Shown: positions 8,881 through 19,380, numbered from the stretch's first letter. The stretch is DNA of 64,000 nucleotides from Candidatus Bathyarchaeia archaeon (GCA_038870975.1 JAVZJD010000002.1:32001-96000); one strand, 5' to 3'. A program made the numbers and translations. The notes: generated from the sequence alone by a model not told the origin.

Positions 8881-10173
8881 ATGTACGAAGAGATCCTTAA
8901 AATAGTTGAACAAATCCCCGTAGTAGATTCCCATGAACACCTCGCAATCCCAAGTAGCTATACAGCCCCCAGGGAGCCCATAGCCCTCCTACTGAGAGGC
9001 TACTTCCCAAGCGACCTACTTTCAGCAGGTATGTCTCCAAAAGAACTTCAAACCCTTCAAAACGATGAAGTACCCACTGAGGAGAAGTGGCCCATATTCA
9101 GAAAATACTGGGTTAAAACTGAGCATACAGCCTACGCTAGAGAAGTAAAGCATACTCTACGTATCTACGGCGAGGAAACCTTAAACTTGGAAAGCCTAAA
9201 AAGGCTCAGCCAGAAGATGAATAGACTCACAGGAGACCGAATCGTCGAATTCCTCGACTCTCTAAACATTAAAGCAGCTCTCGTCGATATACTCGGATCA
9301 TTGGACACATTGAAGCGCTTCCTCAAAGGCGAGGTCAAGCTACCGGAATGCTACAAGCCTCTAATACCGCTCCCAATATTTCATGAACCTGTAAGGTCTT
9401 TCTACAACATACAGAGTATAGCTGAAGTGGCAGGTAGAACTGTAACATGCTTAGACGAATTCCTAGAGGCCGTTAAAGAGATATTTAAACGTTTGAAAGA
9501 ATGCGGAGTGGTTGGTGTAAAAGACCAGAGTGCATACTACAGACGTATAGACTTCAACCTATCGAGAAGGGATGAAGCCGAGCGACTATTCAATAAATGC
9601 CTCAGAGACCCGAACAACAGCCTCGGCTGGCCTGAGGCAAAACCCTTAGACGACTTCCTATTCCACCAGTACATGAGGTATGCTAGAGAATTAAACCTAC
9701 CAGTTCAAATACACACAGGCCATATGGCTGGCATAAGAAACAGAGTAGATAAAGCCAACGCCGTGTACTTCATACGGGTTTTAGAACTACACCAGGATGT
9801 CAACTTCGACCTATTCCATGGAAACTGGCCCTACATGGGAGACCTACTATTCATAGCGAAAAACTATCCGAACGTGTACATAAACCTATGCTGGGTGAAC
9901 ATAATAGACCCAGTATACAGCGTAGAACTGCTGGAGAGAGCAGTAGTCACAATACCGCATAAGAAGATAAATGGGTTTGGAGGAGACTACTTCGCACCTG
10001 AAATACTACCAGCCCATCTATCTCAAGCCAGGGAAAACATAGCACGTGCACTATCAAACCTAGTATCGAGAGGATGGATTTCAAAAACAGAGGCCTTAAA
10101 CCTAGCGGCAGACTGGCTCTACAACAACCCCAACGAACTATTCAAACTGGGGTTGAAGCCCTACAGCCCTTAA
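8881..10173 (+). CDS. Amidohydrolase family protein
   Basis: VDSHEH, LPVQIHTG, FDLFHG, NYPNVY, GFGGDY. Confidence 0.85.
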   Translation: MYEEILKIVEQIPVVDSHEHLAIPSSYTAPREPIALLLRGYFPSDLLSAGMSPKELQTLQNDEVPTEEKWPIFRKYWVKTEHTAYAREVKHTLRIYGEETLNLESLKRLSQKMNRLTGDRIVEFLDSLNIKAALVDILGSLDTLKRFLKGEVKLPECYKPLIPLPIFHEPVRSFYNIQSIAEVAGRTVTCLDEFLEAVKEIFKRLKECGVVGVKDQSAYYRRIDFNLSRRDEAERLFNKCLRDPNNSLGWPEAKPLDDFLFHQYMRYARELNLPVQIHTGHMAGIRNRVDKANAVYFIRVLELHQDVNFDLFHGNWPYMGDLLFIAKNYPNVYINLCWVNIIDPVYSVELLERAVVTIPHKKINGFGGDYFAPEILPAHLSQARENIARALSNLVSRGWISKTEALNLAADWLYNNPNELFKLGLKPYSP

Positions 10174-10955
10174 ACCCCTAACGCCTCTCTAACCTCCCTC
10201 TTAAAATTCTCCCTATCCATGAATGAGGCTTTTATCGCCTTTCCATTAACAGCACACTGTGGAACCTGACCACGCTTCTCCACTTCTTCCACCTCCTCAA
10301 ACATATTTACCATTCTCACTGGAAGACCCGGCATAACCTCCCCTATCAAGTTTTTAATATGCTCAGCAAAGTACATACAGAATGGGCATGAAGGGTCATA
10401 GAAGATCAACCCTCTACCCTTATCCTCCGCCTGTGGAGTAAACACAGCCGTTTCAGGCTGGTAAACATACCCCTCCTCCATAGGGTAGTAGAGTAGAAAG
10501 GGTTCATCCTCTCTAACCTTTTTAAACCCCATCCTCAGGTAAAACTCATTCTGCGGATAATACCCGGGGACTTGAAAAGCCCATGTGACAAGAGCAAGTG
10601 GGAGCTTATAATCGAAGAATTCTCTAGGCTTTTTCACGTCTTCAATTAAAGCATTTAACAACGTCTTCCCAATACCCTTCCTCTGGTTCCGTCTATCTGG
10701 GACAAATATACAGGTTATCTCTAGAAGCCTCCTTTTAGGCTTAGGTTGATACTGTATTAAACCCACGGGTGTTGAATCTAAATAAGCCATTTTACCTATG
10801 CCTCCAAACACCTCTAACGACTTTCTCGCCCAAGCTCTTTTAACATTCGCGCCTTCGATAAAAACTCGTTCGCTTCTCTTCTCAGGTGGAATGCAAAGAC
10901 TTATTAGAGAATCAATATCTTCCAGTTCCACATCCTTTATCTTCCAAAACCCCAT
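10170..10955 (-). CDS. GNAT acetyltransferase with C-terminal thioredoxin-like (CPFC) domain
   Basis: ITCIFV..QRKGIGKTLL, FYLRMGF, DPSCPFC, AVNGK. Confidence 0.75.
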   Translation of the reverse strand: MGFWKIKDVELEDIDSLISLCIPPEKRSERVFIEGANVKRAWARKSLEVFGGIGKMAYLDSTPVGLIQYQPKPKRRLLEITCIFVPDRRNQRKGIGKTLLNALIEDVKKPREFFDYKLPLALVTWAFQVPGYYPQNEFYLRMGFKKVREDEPFLLYYPMEEGYVYQPETAVFTPQAEDKGRGLIFYDPSCPFCMYFAEHIKNLIGEVMPGLPVRMVNMFEEVEEVEKRGQVPQCAVNGKAIKASFMDRENFKREVREALGV

Positions 10956-11220
10956 TTAAAACCTCAGAACAATATCCTCTAAATGGTATAAAACATTTTG
11001 CTAAAAACTTAAAGTAAAATTGGATTTTAAGAAGGGAAAAGCGTTAAAAATGATTTAAAAATACAGCCGTTAAAGGTAGAAATATAGACGCCTGGTAAGT
11101 GCCGATTAATATTCTAATGAACCTATTCAAACTTGAGCAAGCATTCCTATAGCCCAAACAGACTTGATCGCTCAACCTTTATATAGCCGTGGGGGGTTTA
11201 ACTACAGTAGTGTACACTCC

Positions 11221-12000
11221 ATGGAGCTAAAGCTTCTCAAAGAAAAACTGCTAAACCTTCTAAAAGAAGATGAAGAATTCAGGTATGCTGTAGCAGGGCT
11301 CATAGGATTAGAAGAAATACTAAAGAGACTAGATAGGCATGAAGCTGAGCTTGTCAGACTTAGAGAAGACATGAACAAGGGGTTCGAGAAACATAGCGAA
11401 ATACTGAGTAGACATGAAGTTGAATTAATTAAACTAAGGGAAGATATGATGGAAGGCTTCAGAAGACATGATGAAATCTTAAGTAGGCATGAAGCCGAAC
11501 TGGTTAAACTAAGGGAAGATCTGTTGGAGGGGTTTAGAAGACACGATGAAATTTTAAGCAGACATCAAGCGGGGCTCGTTAAGCTTAGAGAAGATATGAT
11601 GGAGGGGTTCAACTTACTGAGGAGACACCTAGATGCCTTAGGCGCTAGATGGGGAATTTTAACTGAATCGGCATTCAGAAAGGGTCTTAAAGGAATCTTG
11701 GAGAGAGAACTAGGCTTAAAAGTTGAGAAATGGGTTAAATACGATCAGGAGGGTGAAGTCTTCGGATATCCAAGCCCCATAGACGTGGACGTAACCGTGA
11801 AAGATGGGAGAGAAATTCTAGTCGAGGTCAAATCTCACGTAGATAAAGCCGACGTCCGAATATTCGAAAGAAAGGTGAAATTCTACGAGAAAACCGAAGG
11901 AAGGAAACCATCAAGGCTGATAATAGTGACACCTTACGTAGACGACGATGCTTTAGAGCTGGCGAAACACTTGGGGATAGAAGTATACACGAACATCTAG
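11221..12000 (+). CDS. Coiled-coil repeat protein with PD-(D/E)XK nuclease domain (DUF3782-like)
   Basis: LLKEDEEFRYAVAGLIG, ALGARWG, IDVDV..ILVEVKS; ATG 11221 lies downstream of a TATA box. Confidence 0.85.
   Translation: MELKLLKEKLLNLLKEDEEFRYAVAGLIGLEEILKRLDRHEAELVRLREDMNKGFEKHSEILSRHEVELIKLREDMMEGFRRHDEILSRHEAELVKLREDLLEGFRRHDEILSRHQAGLVKLREDMMEGFNLLRRHLDALGARWGILTESAFRKGLKGILERELGLKVEKWVKYDQEGEVFGYPSPIDVDVTVKDGREILVEVKSHVDKADVRIFERKVKFYEKTEGRKPSRLIIVTPYVDDDALELAKHLGIEVYTNI
11335..11610 (+). repeat. Coding tandem repeat, about 3.7 units of 75 bp (RHEAELVKLREDMMEGFRRHDEILS)
   Basis: Directly visible in protein and DNA. Confidence 0.9.
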
Positions 12001-12274
12001 CAGTTTTAAGCGGTTATAATACTGCTCAATTCATGTCATACTTGTGGGATTCCATGAAGTTTTAGAGTCAATTACGTAGTTTAATTCCTAGGATGTTTAA
12101 AGCCACCTGTTTTGAAACAATTAGTGTCACCATCTCTATCTTCTGAGAAGACATATGTAATTCAACGTCTTTAATCGGCTACGCTTCAGTGGTTTTAGCC
12201 TAGCACTTCTAGGTAGTGAAACTACAGCTGAAAAGCTTAAATGGTCTTGGGATAAGTTCGTTATGGTGTGTTAG

Positions 12275-13210
12275 GTGGATGCTTTCAAGCTGAATAAGAG
12301 GTTAGGAAGAGGGGTTAACATACTCGGCTACGACCCGGTATGGAGGTCTAAGGATAGGGCACGTATGAAGGATGAGCATTTCAAACTCATAAGCGGTGCT
12401 GGCTTTAACAGTGTACGTATCGCACTCCACCCCCTCCGGGATGAAGCTATGAGTGAAGAATTTAAGCTTTCGAATAAGTGGTTGGAAGTTTTAGACTGGG
12501 CTATTGAACAATCCCTCAATAATGGTCTTGCGGCTATACTCGACTTTCACGAGTTTATAGCTATGGGTAAAGCTCCGCTAGAGAATAAGGATAAGTTCCT
12601 CTCCTTCTGGAAGCAGGTCGGTGAACGATACCGCGATTATCCAGATGAGGTTCTCTTTGAACTACTCAATGAACCGAACAGCAAATTGACACCAGAATTG
12701 TGGAATACCTTCCTTAAAGAAGCCCTCCAGCTGATCCGAGAGAGAAACCCCGAGAGAACCGTTATCATAGGACCCGCATACTGGAACAACATCAACCTTC
12801 TAGATAAGCTGACCCTTCCAGAAGACGATAGAAACATCATAGTAACCGTCCACTACTACGAGCCGATGGACTTTACACATCAAGGCGCTAAATGGGCTGG
12901 ACGGGAAAACAAAATCGGCGTAGAGTGGAGGGGAACGGATGAAGAGAAGAAAGCAATTATAAACTCTTTCAATAGAGCTCAGTCATGGGCGAAGGAACAT
13001 AATAGGCCGATATTCCTCGGAGAATTCGGAGTCTACGATAAAGCTCCAATGGAATCTAGAGTCCGATACTTAAGCTTCATCGCTAGACTTGCGGAAAGCA
13101 TGGGCTGGAGCTGGGCCTACTGGCAGTTCGACAGCGACTTCATATTGTACGATATACCGAACAATAGGTGGATAGAACCAGTATTAAACGCTCTAATTCC
13201 AAGAGGATAG
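12275..13210 (+). CDS. Glycoside hydrolase family 5 (endoglucanase-like), no signal peptide
   Basis: RGVNI, FELLNEP (acid/base), HYYEPMDFTHQGA, FLGEFG (nucleophile), WAYWQF. Confidence 0.92.
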   Translation: MDAFKLNKRLGRGVNILGYDPVWRSKDRARMKDEHFKLISGAGFNSVRIALHPLRDEAMSEEFKLSNKWLEVLDWAIEQSLNNGLAAILDFHEFIAMGKAPLENKDKFLSFWKQVGERYRDYPDEVLFELLNEPNSKLTPELWNTFLKEALQLIRERNPERTVIIGPAYWNNINLLDKLTLPEDDRNIIVTVHYYEPMDFTHQGAKWAGRENKIGVEWRGTDEEKKAIINSFNRAQSWAKEHNRPIFLGEFGVYDKAPMESRVRYLSFIARLAESMGWSWAYWQFDSDFILYDIPNNRWIEPVLNALIPRG

Positions 13211-13414
13211 CAATACCAGGTGAAATAACCACGAGGGGAAAAAGAGCACCAACAGATGGAGAAAGCAGTCTTTATGCCTCTCCCCTGCGAGTCGGTGAAG
13301 CTCACTTAACACTATTACTCCTCCAATAAGATTCCCCATGACCATAGTTTTTGGAAAACGTTGAGAAAATTCTTAAAAGTCAACGTGGATGATGTAATTT
13401 GAGAGGTTTTAAAG

Positions 13415-14071
13415 ATGATACGTGAAGACCATAGGAGACGTTTAACCGAAGAGTTTAAAAAGAAGTTGGAAAAACCCATTAGGCTCATCGTGTTCACGCA
13501 GGAAGTTGAATGTCCATTCTGTGCTCAAACAAGAAGCCTAATTGAAGAACTAGGCTCTCTGAGCGATAAAATAACCGTTGAAGTATACGACTTCATTAAA
13601 GACTCTAAAAAAGCTGAAGAATATGCAGTTGATAAGGTCCCAGCAGTAGCTATAGTTGGGGAAAAAGACTACGGTTTAAGATTCTACGGCCTACCATATG
13701 GATACGAGTTTCAAACACTCCTAGAGGCTTTATCCTATGTCTCAACGGGTAGGACAAACCTCTCAGAAGAATCTAAGAGGAAGCTGAAGACCTTGAAAAC
13801 AACAGTCCACATTCAAGTCTTCGTAACATTGACATGTCCCTACTGTCCATCTGTTGCAAGTCTAGCCTATAGATGCGCTGTGGAGAGCGACATGGTGAAA
13901 GCCGAAGTAGTAGATGTAAGCGAATTCCCACACCTCGCCTACAAATACGCGGTCATGGGCGTCCCCAAGACCATTATAAACGATAAAGTTGAATTCGTCG
14001 GAGCAGTACCAGAGAAACTATTCATAGACTACATTATGCTCGCCATAGGTAGCCCAGGATACATCCTCTAA
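13415..14071 (+). CDS. Protein disulfide oxidoreductase (two thioredoxin folds)
   Basis: CPFC and CPYC motifs, DKVPA, MGVPK. Confidence 0.9.
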   Translation: MIREDHRRRLTEEFKKKLEKPIRLIVFTQEVECPFCAQTRSLIEELGSLSDKITVEVYDFIKDSKKAEEYAVDKVPAVAIVGEKDYGLRFYGLPYGYEFQTLLEALSYVSTGRTNLSEESKRKLKTLKTTVHIQVFVTLTCPYCPSVASLAYRCAVESDMVKAEVVDVSEFPHLAYKYAVMGVPKTIINDKVEFVGAVPEKLFIDYIMLAIGSPGYIL

Positions 14072-14089
14072 AACGCCTACGGTGCAAGA

Positions 14090-14893
14090 TTGACCAGTAG
14101 AAGAGAACCCTTAAAACTAGTATTCATATACAGCGGTGAATTCGCAGAACGAGTCATAAGAAACCTCATAAACGACCCAAGCTTCTGTAAATCCTGCGGA
14201 TTATACTGCAACTCCTGCAAATACGGCTTATACAGCCATGTTCAGAACATACTAGCCGCGGTAAAGCTTCCAAACCCCTCAGACCTACCAGCGTTCATAG
14301 ATAAGCCCGAGGAGTATATGCCTAAATCAACCCCTAAAGCCGACATATGCGTAGCATCAGGCCTACATAAAGACCTACTGCTAGAACTACCACGTCACCT
14401 CAAAAAGACGGGTGTAAAAGCTTTAGTAGTTCCAGTGGAAGACTTCAATGAAGTACCAGCAGGCTTAAAGAGGCAAGTTGAAGAATACTGCTTAGAACTA
14501 GGCTTGGAAACGGCATTTCCCAAGCCTTTCTGCTCTTTAGAGCCCTCAGAAGATAAACCTCTAATCTCAAGATTCGTTGAAGAGCTTGGCGTAGGTAGAC
14601 CAAAGCTTGAGATATCCCTGGCCAGAAGAAGCGGGTATGAAATCATAGAGTATGCAATTGTCAAACGTAGTGCGCCGTGCGGCTCTACATGGTACGTAGC
14701 GAAAAAATTAACAAACGTTGAAACTAAGAGGGAAATCTTATACGACGCCATAGCTAGAGCCCACCACAGCTACCCATGCACGGCAACAATGAACATAGAC
14801 CCGGAAGCAAAAGAACCTATACTGCACTTAGGAGGCTACATAATAAGAGAAGAAGTTGAGAAAGCAATTGAGGGTGCTCTCCTCAGAACTTAA
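14090..14893 (+). CDS. DUF166 family protein
   Basis: FPKPFCSL, RSAPCGSTWYVA, HHSYPCTATM. Confidence 0.75.
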   Translation: MTSRREPLKLVFIYSGEFAERVIRNLINDPSFCKSCGLYCNSCKYGLYSHVQNILAAVKLPNPSDLPAFIDKPEEYMPKSTPKADICVASGLHKDLLLELPRHLKKTGVKALVVPVEDFNEVPAGLKRQVEEYCLELGLETAFPKPFCSLEPSEDKPLISRFVEELGVGRPKLEISLARRSGYEIIEYAIVKRSAPCGSTWYVAKKLTNVETKREILYDAIARAHHSYPCTATMNIDPEAKEPILHLGGYIIREEVEKAIEGALLRT

Positions 14894-14985
14894 TCTGATA
14901 GAGTAAAGGAAGTAACACATCAACCATTTTAAACGAAATATCCAGTAGATGGACCCGCTCTTAGCCTCTAAACAATAGCCCTATA

Positions 14986-15903
14986 CTATACCTTAATTTT
15001 AGAAAGGTATCTAAAAGCCGATAAAGCCGCTTTACATCCTTCTCCAGCTGCAACCACTATCTGCTTCTCCGGTACGTTTGTAACATCACCCGCTGCGAAA
15101 AGCCCTGGAAAACTAGTTTCACATGCACAATTCACAACTATCTCACCCCACTGATTTTTCAATACAAAATCGACTATCTCCGAGTTCGGAGTAGAGCCTA
15201 CTTCAATAAAAACCCCTTGAACTGGTAGGAAAAACTCCCTACCATCTTTCAACACTTTCATACCTTTAACCGTTTTATCTCCGGTTATTTCTAAGACGCG
15301 GGTGCTAGTCCATATACTAACTTTATCTGAAGCCTCAGCTTTCTCAACAAGTATTGGATCAGCTTTAAGCTTAGGCATAACTTCTATAAGATATACGTTG
15401 CTTGCAATCTTCATCAACTGTAAAACCGCTTCTAAACCTGAATTCCCCCCACCGACAACAGCCACATCCATTCCCTTAAACAATGGTCCATCGCAAGTAG
15501 CACAGTAGGAAACGCCTCTATTCTTGAAATCCCTTTCACCTGGAACGTTGAGCTCTTTAGCTCTTCTACCGGTTGCAATTATAACAGTTCTACCGAGATA
15601 AGTGGCATTATCTGTAATCACGTTAAAAAGCCCATTTTGAACGGCAACTTTACGAACCTCCTCTATTTTAAAGTCGAAGCTATACTGCGTTAAATGCTCA
15701 TAGAACTTAGCAGCCAATTCTTCACCTGTAATATACTGAAAACCAGTATAATTCTCGATAGTCGACGAAAACGTAACTTGACCACCCAGATTAACCGTAA
15801 GCACTAGAAAATCCATCCTTTTCCGAGCGGCGTAAATAGCCGCCGTTATTCCAGCGGGACCAGCACCCACGATTATCAAATCGTAAATATGTTCTGAACT
15901 CAT
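14986..15903 (-). CDS. trxB: Thioredoxin-disulfide reductase
   Basis: IVGAGPAG, GVSYCATCDG, VGGGNSG, FAAGDVT. Confidence 0.92.
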   Translation of the reverse strand: MSSEHIYDLIIVGAGPAGITAAIYAARKRMDFLVLTVNLGGQVTFSSTIENYTGFQYITGEELAAKFYEHLTQYSFDFKIEEVRKVAVQNGLFNVITDNATYLGRTVIIATGRRAKELNVPGERDFKNRGVSYCATCDGPLFKGMDVAVVGGGNSGLEAVLQLMKIASNVYLIEVMPKLKADPILVEKAEASDKVSIWTSTRVLEITGDKTVKGMKVLKDGREFFLPVQGVFIEVGSTPNSEIVDFVLKNQWGEIVVNCACETSFPGLFAAGDVTNVPEKQIVVAAGEGCKAALSAFRYLSKIKV

Positions 15904-16091
15904 TCAAGAGTTTCTACGGATTATCCTCCTAAATATTTTTCTACGTTATACTGCTATCTCCACGTAACTATAACAAATAGGGGTAAGCATAAGAAACATA
16001 CAATCACTAAACGCATCATCATACAGACTAGAATACCGTCAGAGTTAAATACTTAGAGAATTTTTAAAATCATTATGGGAGGCGTTTTCCT

Positions 16092-16424
16092 ATGGTTAAA
16101 AAGATGATCTACATAGGTAATGCGAAGAAAATACCAGTTGGAGAAGCTAGAAAATTCCTCTATCCAGTTGGTGATGAAAAAGGCACTGAGAGACCAGGTT
16201 TACTCATACATCTTGAAGATGGATTCGTAGCTTACGATGGATTATGTACGCATATGCAGGCTGAAGTCGAATGGAACCAATATACTGGAAAAATTTGGTG
16301 CACACTGCACGATGGCATGTACGACCCGAAAACCGGAAGACCATTCATGGGGATGCCTAAAGAACCATTAAAGAAAATAGAGTTAAAGATCGAAGAAAAC
16401 GGTGAAATTTTCGCTCTAATATAA
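16092..16424 (+). CDS. Rieske [2Fe-2S] ferredoxin
   Basis: CTH and CTLH ligand motifs, YDPKTG. Confidence 0.88.
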   Translation: MVKKMIYIGNAKKIPVGEARKFLYPVGDEKGTERPGLLIHLEDGFVAYDGLCTHMQAEVEWNQYTGKIWCTLHDGMYDPKTGRPFMGMPKEPLKKIELKIEENGEIFALI

Positions 16425-16454
16425 CACGTTAAAAACATTTCCCCATTTTCTCTT

Positions 16455-16874
16455 TTAAACCCTACATACAGTTTGAATATCCCCCTTTCTAAGCCTTTCA
16501 ACAAGGTTTAATACTCTATCTTTTATCAAATTCCTCACCTTTCTCGCTTCTTCCAACGGCATTCCCGCGGGGTCTGGAATATCCCACTCTTCAACATACT
16601 TGGTGTAAACCACTGGGCATAAAGAGCCACTGCATACGATTACAGCCATGTAGGCATTTTCCTGAAGCTCTCTAGTCATAAGTTGAGGCCTCTTACGGCT
16701 TATATCAATCCCCTCTTCAAGCATAAGCTTCACAGCATTCGGATGAACATTCTCAACCGGAGTTAAGCCTGCACTTACAGCCTTCCAATCCTCAGGTGCA
16801 TATGTATTAAAATATGCTTCAGCGATCTGACTTCTAAAACTATTCTCAACGCAGACGAAAAGTACAGTCTTCAA
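16455..16874 (-). CDS. arsC: Arsenate reductase, LMW-PTP fold, thioredoxin-coupled type
   Basis: CVENSFRSQIAEA P-loop, distal Cys pair VCSGSLCP, WDIPDP; acr3 nearby. Confidence 0.8.
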   Translation of the reverse strand: MKTVLFVCVENSFRSQIAEAYFNTYAPEDWKAVSAGLTPVENVHPNAVKLMLEEGIDISRKRPQLMTRELQENAYMAVIVCSGSLCPVVYTKYVEEWDIPDPAGMPLEEARKVRNLIKDRVLNLVERLRKGDIQTVCRV

Positions 16875-16955
16875 TTATACCATCTCTCTAGTATTCAGCT
16901 TAGATTTAAACTTTTAAGGCTAAAAATAAAATAAATAAATATTTCAGGTGAGGTT

Positions 16956-17498
16956 ATGCCACCGCATTGCGATACTATGGATGGTCCAGTTGTTACAGCT
17001 GCTAAAAAGGCTTTGGAAACGGGAAACGTCAACCTTATCCTCCCTTGGGTGCCGAAGAAAGCTGAAGAGGAATTGAAGAAGGCTTTTGAAAAGACCCTTC
17101 AAGTGAGAAAACTGAGTAAAGAAGCAGCTGAACTTGCAGACTACTGGTTTTTTGAAACAGCCGTACGGTTGCATAGGGAAGGCGAAGGAGCCCCATATAC
17201 TGGGCTTAAGCCAGCCGGGTTGGATTGGGGTTCTATTATACCGCGGGCGGATAAGGCAATTGAAAAAGGAAATCCAAAAGAAGTAGTAGATTTCATACTG
17301 CACACTGTTGAAGGGGAATTGCAGAGAAGGTTTAAACACGTCATGGAGAAGAAGAATTACGATGTGAATGATGTGGACGCTGCAAGAGATTATGTGCAAG
17401 CAATGCTTGGCTTTATCTTATATGCGCATCATCTATACGAGTACGTAAAGAGTGGAAAAGTATACAGTGAAGAAAGAATAGGTGGACACGTGCACTAG
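16956..17498 (+). CDS. DUF6448-like helical protein
   Basis: HCDTMDGPVV..LPWV..FFETAVRLHREGEGAPYTGLKPAG; GGTGAGG RBS. Confidence 0.7.
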   Translation: MPPHCDTMDGPVVTAAKKALETGNVNLILPWVPKKAEEELKKAFEKTLQVRKLSKEAAELADYWFFETAVRLHREGEGAPYTGLKPAGLDWGSIIPRADKAIEKGNPKEVVDFILHTVEGELQRRFKHVMEKKNYDVNDVDAARDYVQAMLGFILYAHHLYEYVKSGKVYSEERIGGHVH

Positions 17499-17662
17499 CT
17501 GTGAGACAATAATGAAAGGATGGCTAATAGAAAGCTGAAATTAAGCAAAATAAAAAGTGGGTTTATGACGATATTTATTTAGGATTGGTTCTCCTAGTTA
17601 GGGAAACCTTAGATCAAGCTGTTTTAACGGAATTAGCGAGGATTGGCAACTTTATCAGTTTG

Positions 17663-17678
17663 CCCGAATATATTCGGG
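17663..17678. promoter_or_regulatory. 16-bp perfect palindrome CCCGAATATATTCGGG directly upstream of BRE/TATA (probable activator site)
   Basis: Perfect inverted repeat abutting AAAGATTTAATTATATA upstream of the CDS at 17714. Confidence 0.65.
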
Positions 17679-17713
17679 AAAGATTTAATTATATATAACT
17701 CTGTTATATCAAT

Positions 17714-18496
17714 ATGGTGATTAAAATTGTAGGTAAAGAAGAGTTGAAAAAGATTCTCAGAGAGTTGAAGTCAGAGGAAGATTTAGCTAGAGTTGAAGAG
17801 GAAGCACGTCGGTTTTTACGAGATATAGACCCCGAAACATTATCCATTATTGAGCAAGAGCTCTTAGAGGAAGGCTTAAACTTCGAAGATTTAAGGAGGC
17901 TTTGCGAAATACACTTGAAAGCAATCACGATTAAAAGAGAAGAACCTGAAATTGGAGAAGAGCATCCAATAAGCATACTTAAGGCTGAACATGAAATCAT
18001 ATTGGACAACCTCAAGATATTAGAAGAGATAGTTAGTAAAGTAAAATCCGACATAGGCTTAGAGCAATTGAATGAAGAGTTTGAGAAACTAGAGCCAGTA
18101 GTAGCACTACTGCTTGAAGCTGAAAGTCACCATCAGAGGGAGGAGGAAGCACTATTCCCACGTTTAGAGAGGCAGGGAATTGCTGGACCGCCAAATATTA
18201 TGAGGATAGAACATGAAGACTTAAGAGCTAAGAAGAAGACTCTTAAAAGACTTTTAGACGAGCGTGCCACATTAGACCGTAACTACTTAACTGACAATGT
18301 GTATGAGTTAGGCAATTATATCGCTTCAACCCTAAGAGACCATATATACAAAGAAAACAACATACTCTATCCACTATCTCTAACAACAATACCTGAAAAT
18401 GAGTGGCGTAAAATCAAAGAGGAATTTGACGTTATTGGATACTGTTGCTTTACCCCAGGAATTAAAGCCTTAGGAGAGCACCGCCATGAAGTATGA
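17714..18496 (+). CDS. DUF438/hemerythrin domain protein
   Basis: IEQELL..LCEIH, HPISILKAEH, HHQREEEALFP, MRIEH, HIYKENNILYP. Confidence 0.85.
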   Translation: MVIKIVGKEELKKILRELKSEEDLARVEEEARRFLRDIDPETLSIIEQELLEEGLNFEDLRRLCEIHLKAITIKREEPEIGEEHPISILKAEHEIILDNLKILEEIVSKVKSDIGLEQLNEEFEKLEPVVALLLEAESHHQREEEALFPRLERQGIAGPPNIMRIEHEDLRAKKKTLKRLLDERATLDRNYLTDNVYELGNYIASTLRDHIYKENNILYPLSLTTIPENEWRKIKEEFDVIGYCCFTPGIKALGEHRHEV

Positions 18497-18731
18497 AAAA
18501 CAGTCTACTGTGGGCGATTATCTAATTGGTGATGGAATATTCACCGTGAGTAAAGAGGGAAATAGGGTAATTATTAAACTATATGCATGGTCGAAAAGGA
18601 GAGGAAAAGAGATAATTCGTCTACTCGATAGTAGAAGCGACACAGAGATACACATACATGACAGAGGATACATCTACGGAGAGAATAGTGAAGATAGAGC
18701 TGAAATAGCACAATCCTTCGCCAATACATGA
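18486..18731 (+). CDS. Hypothetical protein
   Basis: 81-aa ORF overlapping the upstream stop, GGAG RBS; no recognisable motif. Confidence 0.4.
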   Translation: MKYEKQSTVGDYLIGDGIFTVSKEGNRVIIKLYAWSKRRGKEIIRLLDSRSDTEIHIHDRGYIYGENSEDRAEIAQSFANT

Positions 18732-18744
18732 AGCAAATAGTTTT

Positions 18745-19380
18745 TCACGAATATTCGAAGTAGTATTCTAAGAGCCGTCTTATCCCCCTCCTCATTCTCT
18801 CAGAAAGCGTTGAAGAGCTGATTCCAAGCTTACGTGAAATATCCGATATAGTCGATTTTTTGGGATAATTGAAGAAACCCATTTCTAGAGCCATTCGTAA
18901 AGCCATCTCCTGCTTCTCAGTTAAGACTAAACCCCTCCCTCTAAATCTCTCCACTCCTAGTATTTTTGGCTCAAAACCAAGTTCCTCTAAAGTTGAAACT
19001 ATATCTTGCACTATTCTTGTGTTGGGAGAAACAAATATGTAAACAAGCCTACTACTTTCCACACTCCACGCTGCCGTCAGAAAAGCACCCTTTGAAACAA
19101 TAGTGTTACATACGTCGCATCCATCGGATTCAAACCATGCGATAGATTCCTTCCCTAACTTAATGCTACTCCGCATCTTCACATTACTACGTTTTAGAAT
19201 ATTAACGGATTGTTTTACCGGTATTCTCACTAGATGCCTAGTAATACCGCGCGGTAAACGCCTAATGTCAACCACTCTAAACTGGTGAATCCCTAAATCT
19301 TTAAATAGTTTCAATACTTTACACCGTTCATTTGCTATTTCAATAGAAATACGGTAGGGTAATTTTTCTCTATAAGCCAT
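18745..19380 (-). CDS. Bacterio-opsin activator-type (HTH_10) transcriptional regulator
   Basis: LTEKQEMALRMALEMGFFNYPKKSTISDISRKLGISSSTLSERMRRG; CxxC in the N-terminal domain. Confidence 0.88.
   Translation of the reverse strand: MAYREKLPYRISIEIANERCKVLKLFKDLGIHQFRVVDIRRLPRGITRHLVRIPVKQSVNILKRSNVKMRSSIKLGKESIAWFESDGCDVCNTIVSKGAFLTAAWSVESSRLVYIFVSPNTRIVQDIVSTLEELGFEPKILGVERFRGRGLVLTEKQEMALRMALEMGFFNYPKKSTISDISRKLGISSSTLSERMRRGIRRLLEYYFEYS

Noticed and set aside
13211-13414. Possible sRNA or IS-end remnant in the intergenic region
   Set aside because: Only weak pairing (AGGGGA/TCCCCT); no C/D boxes or terminal repeats that I could support
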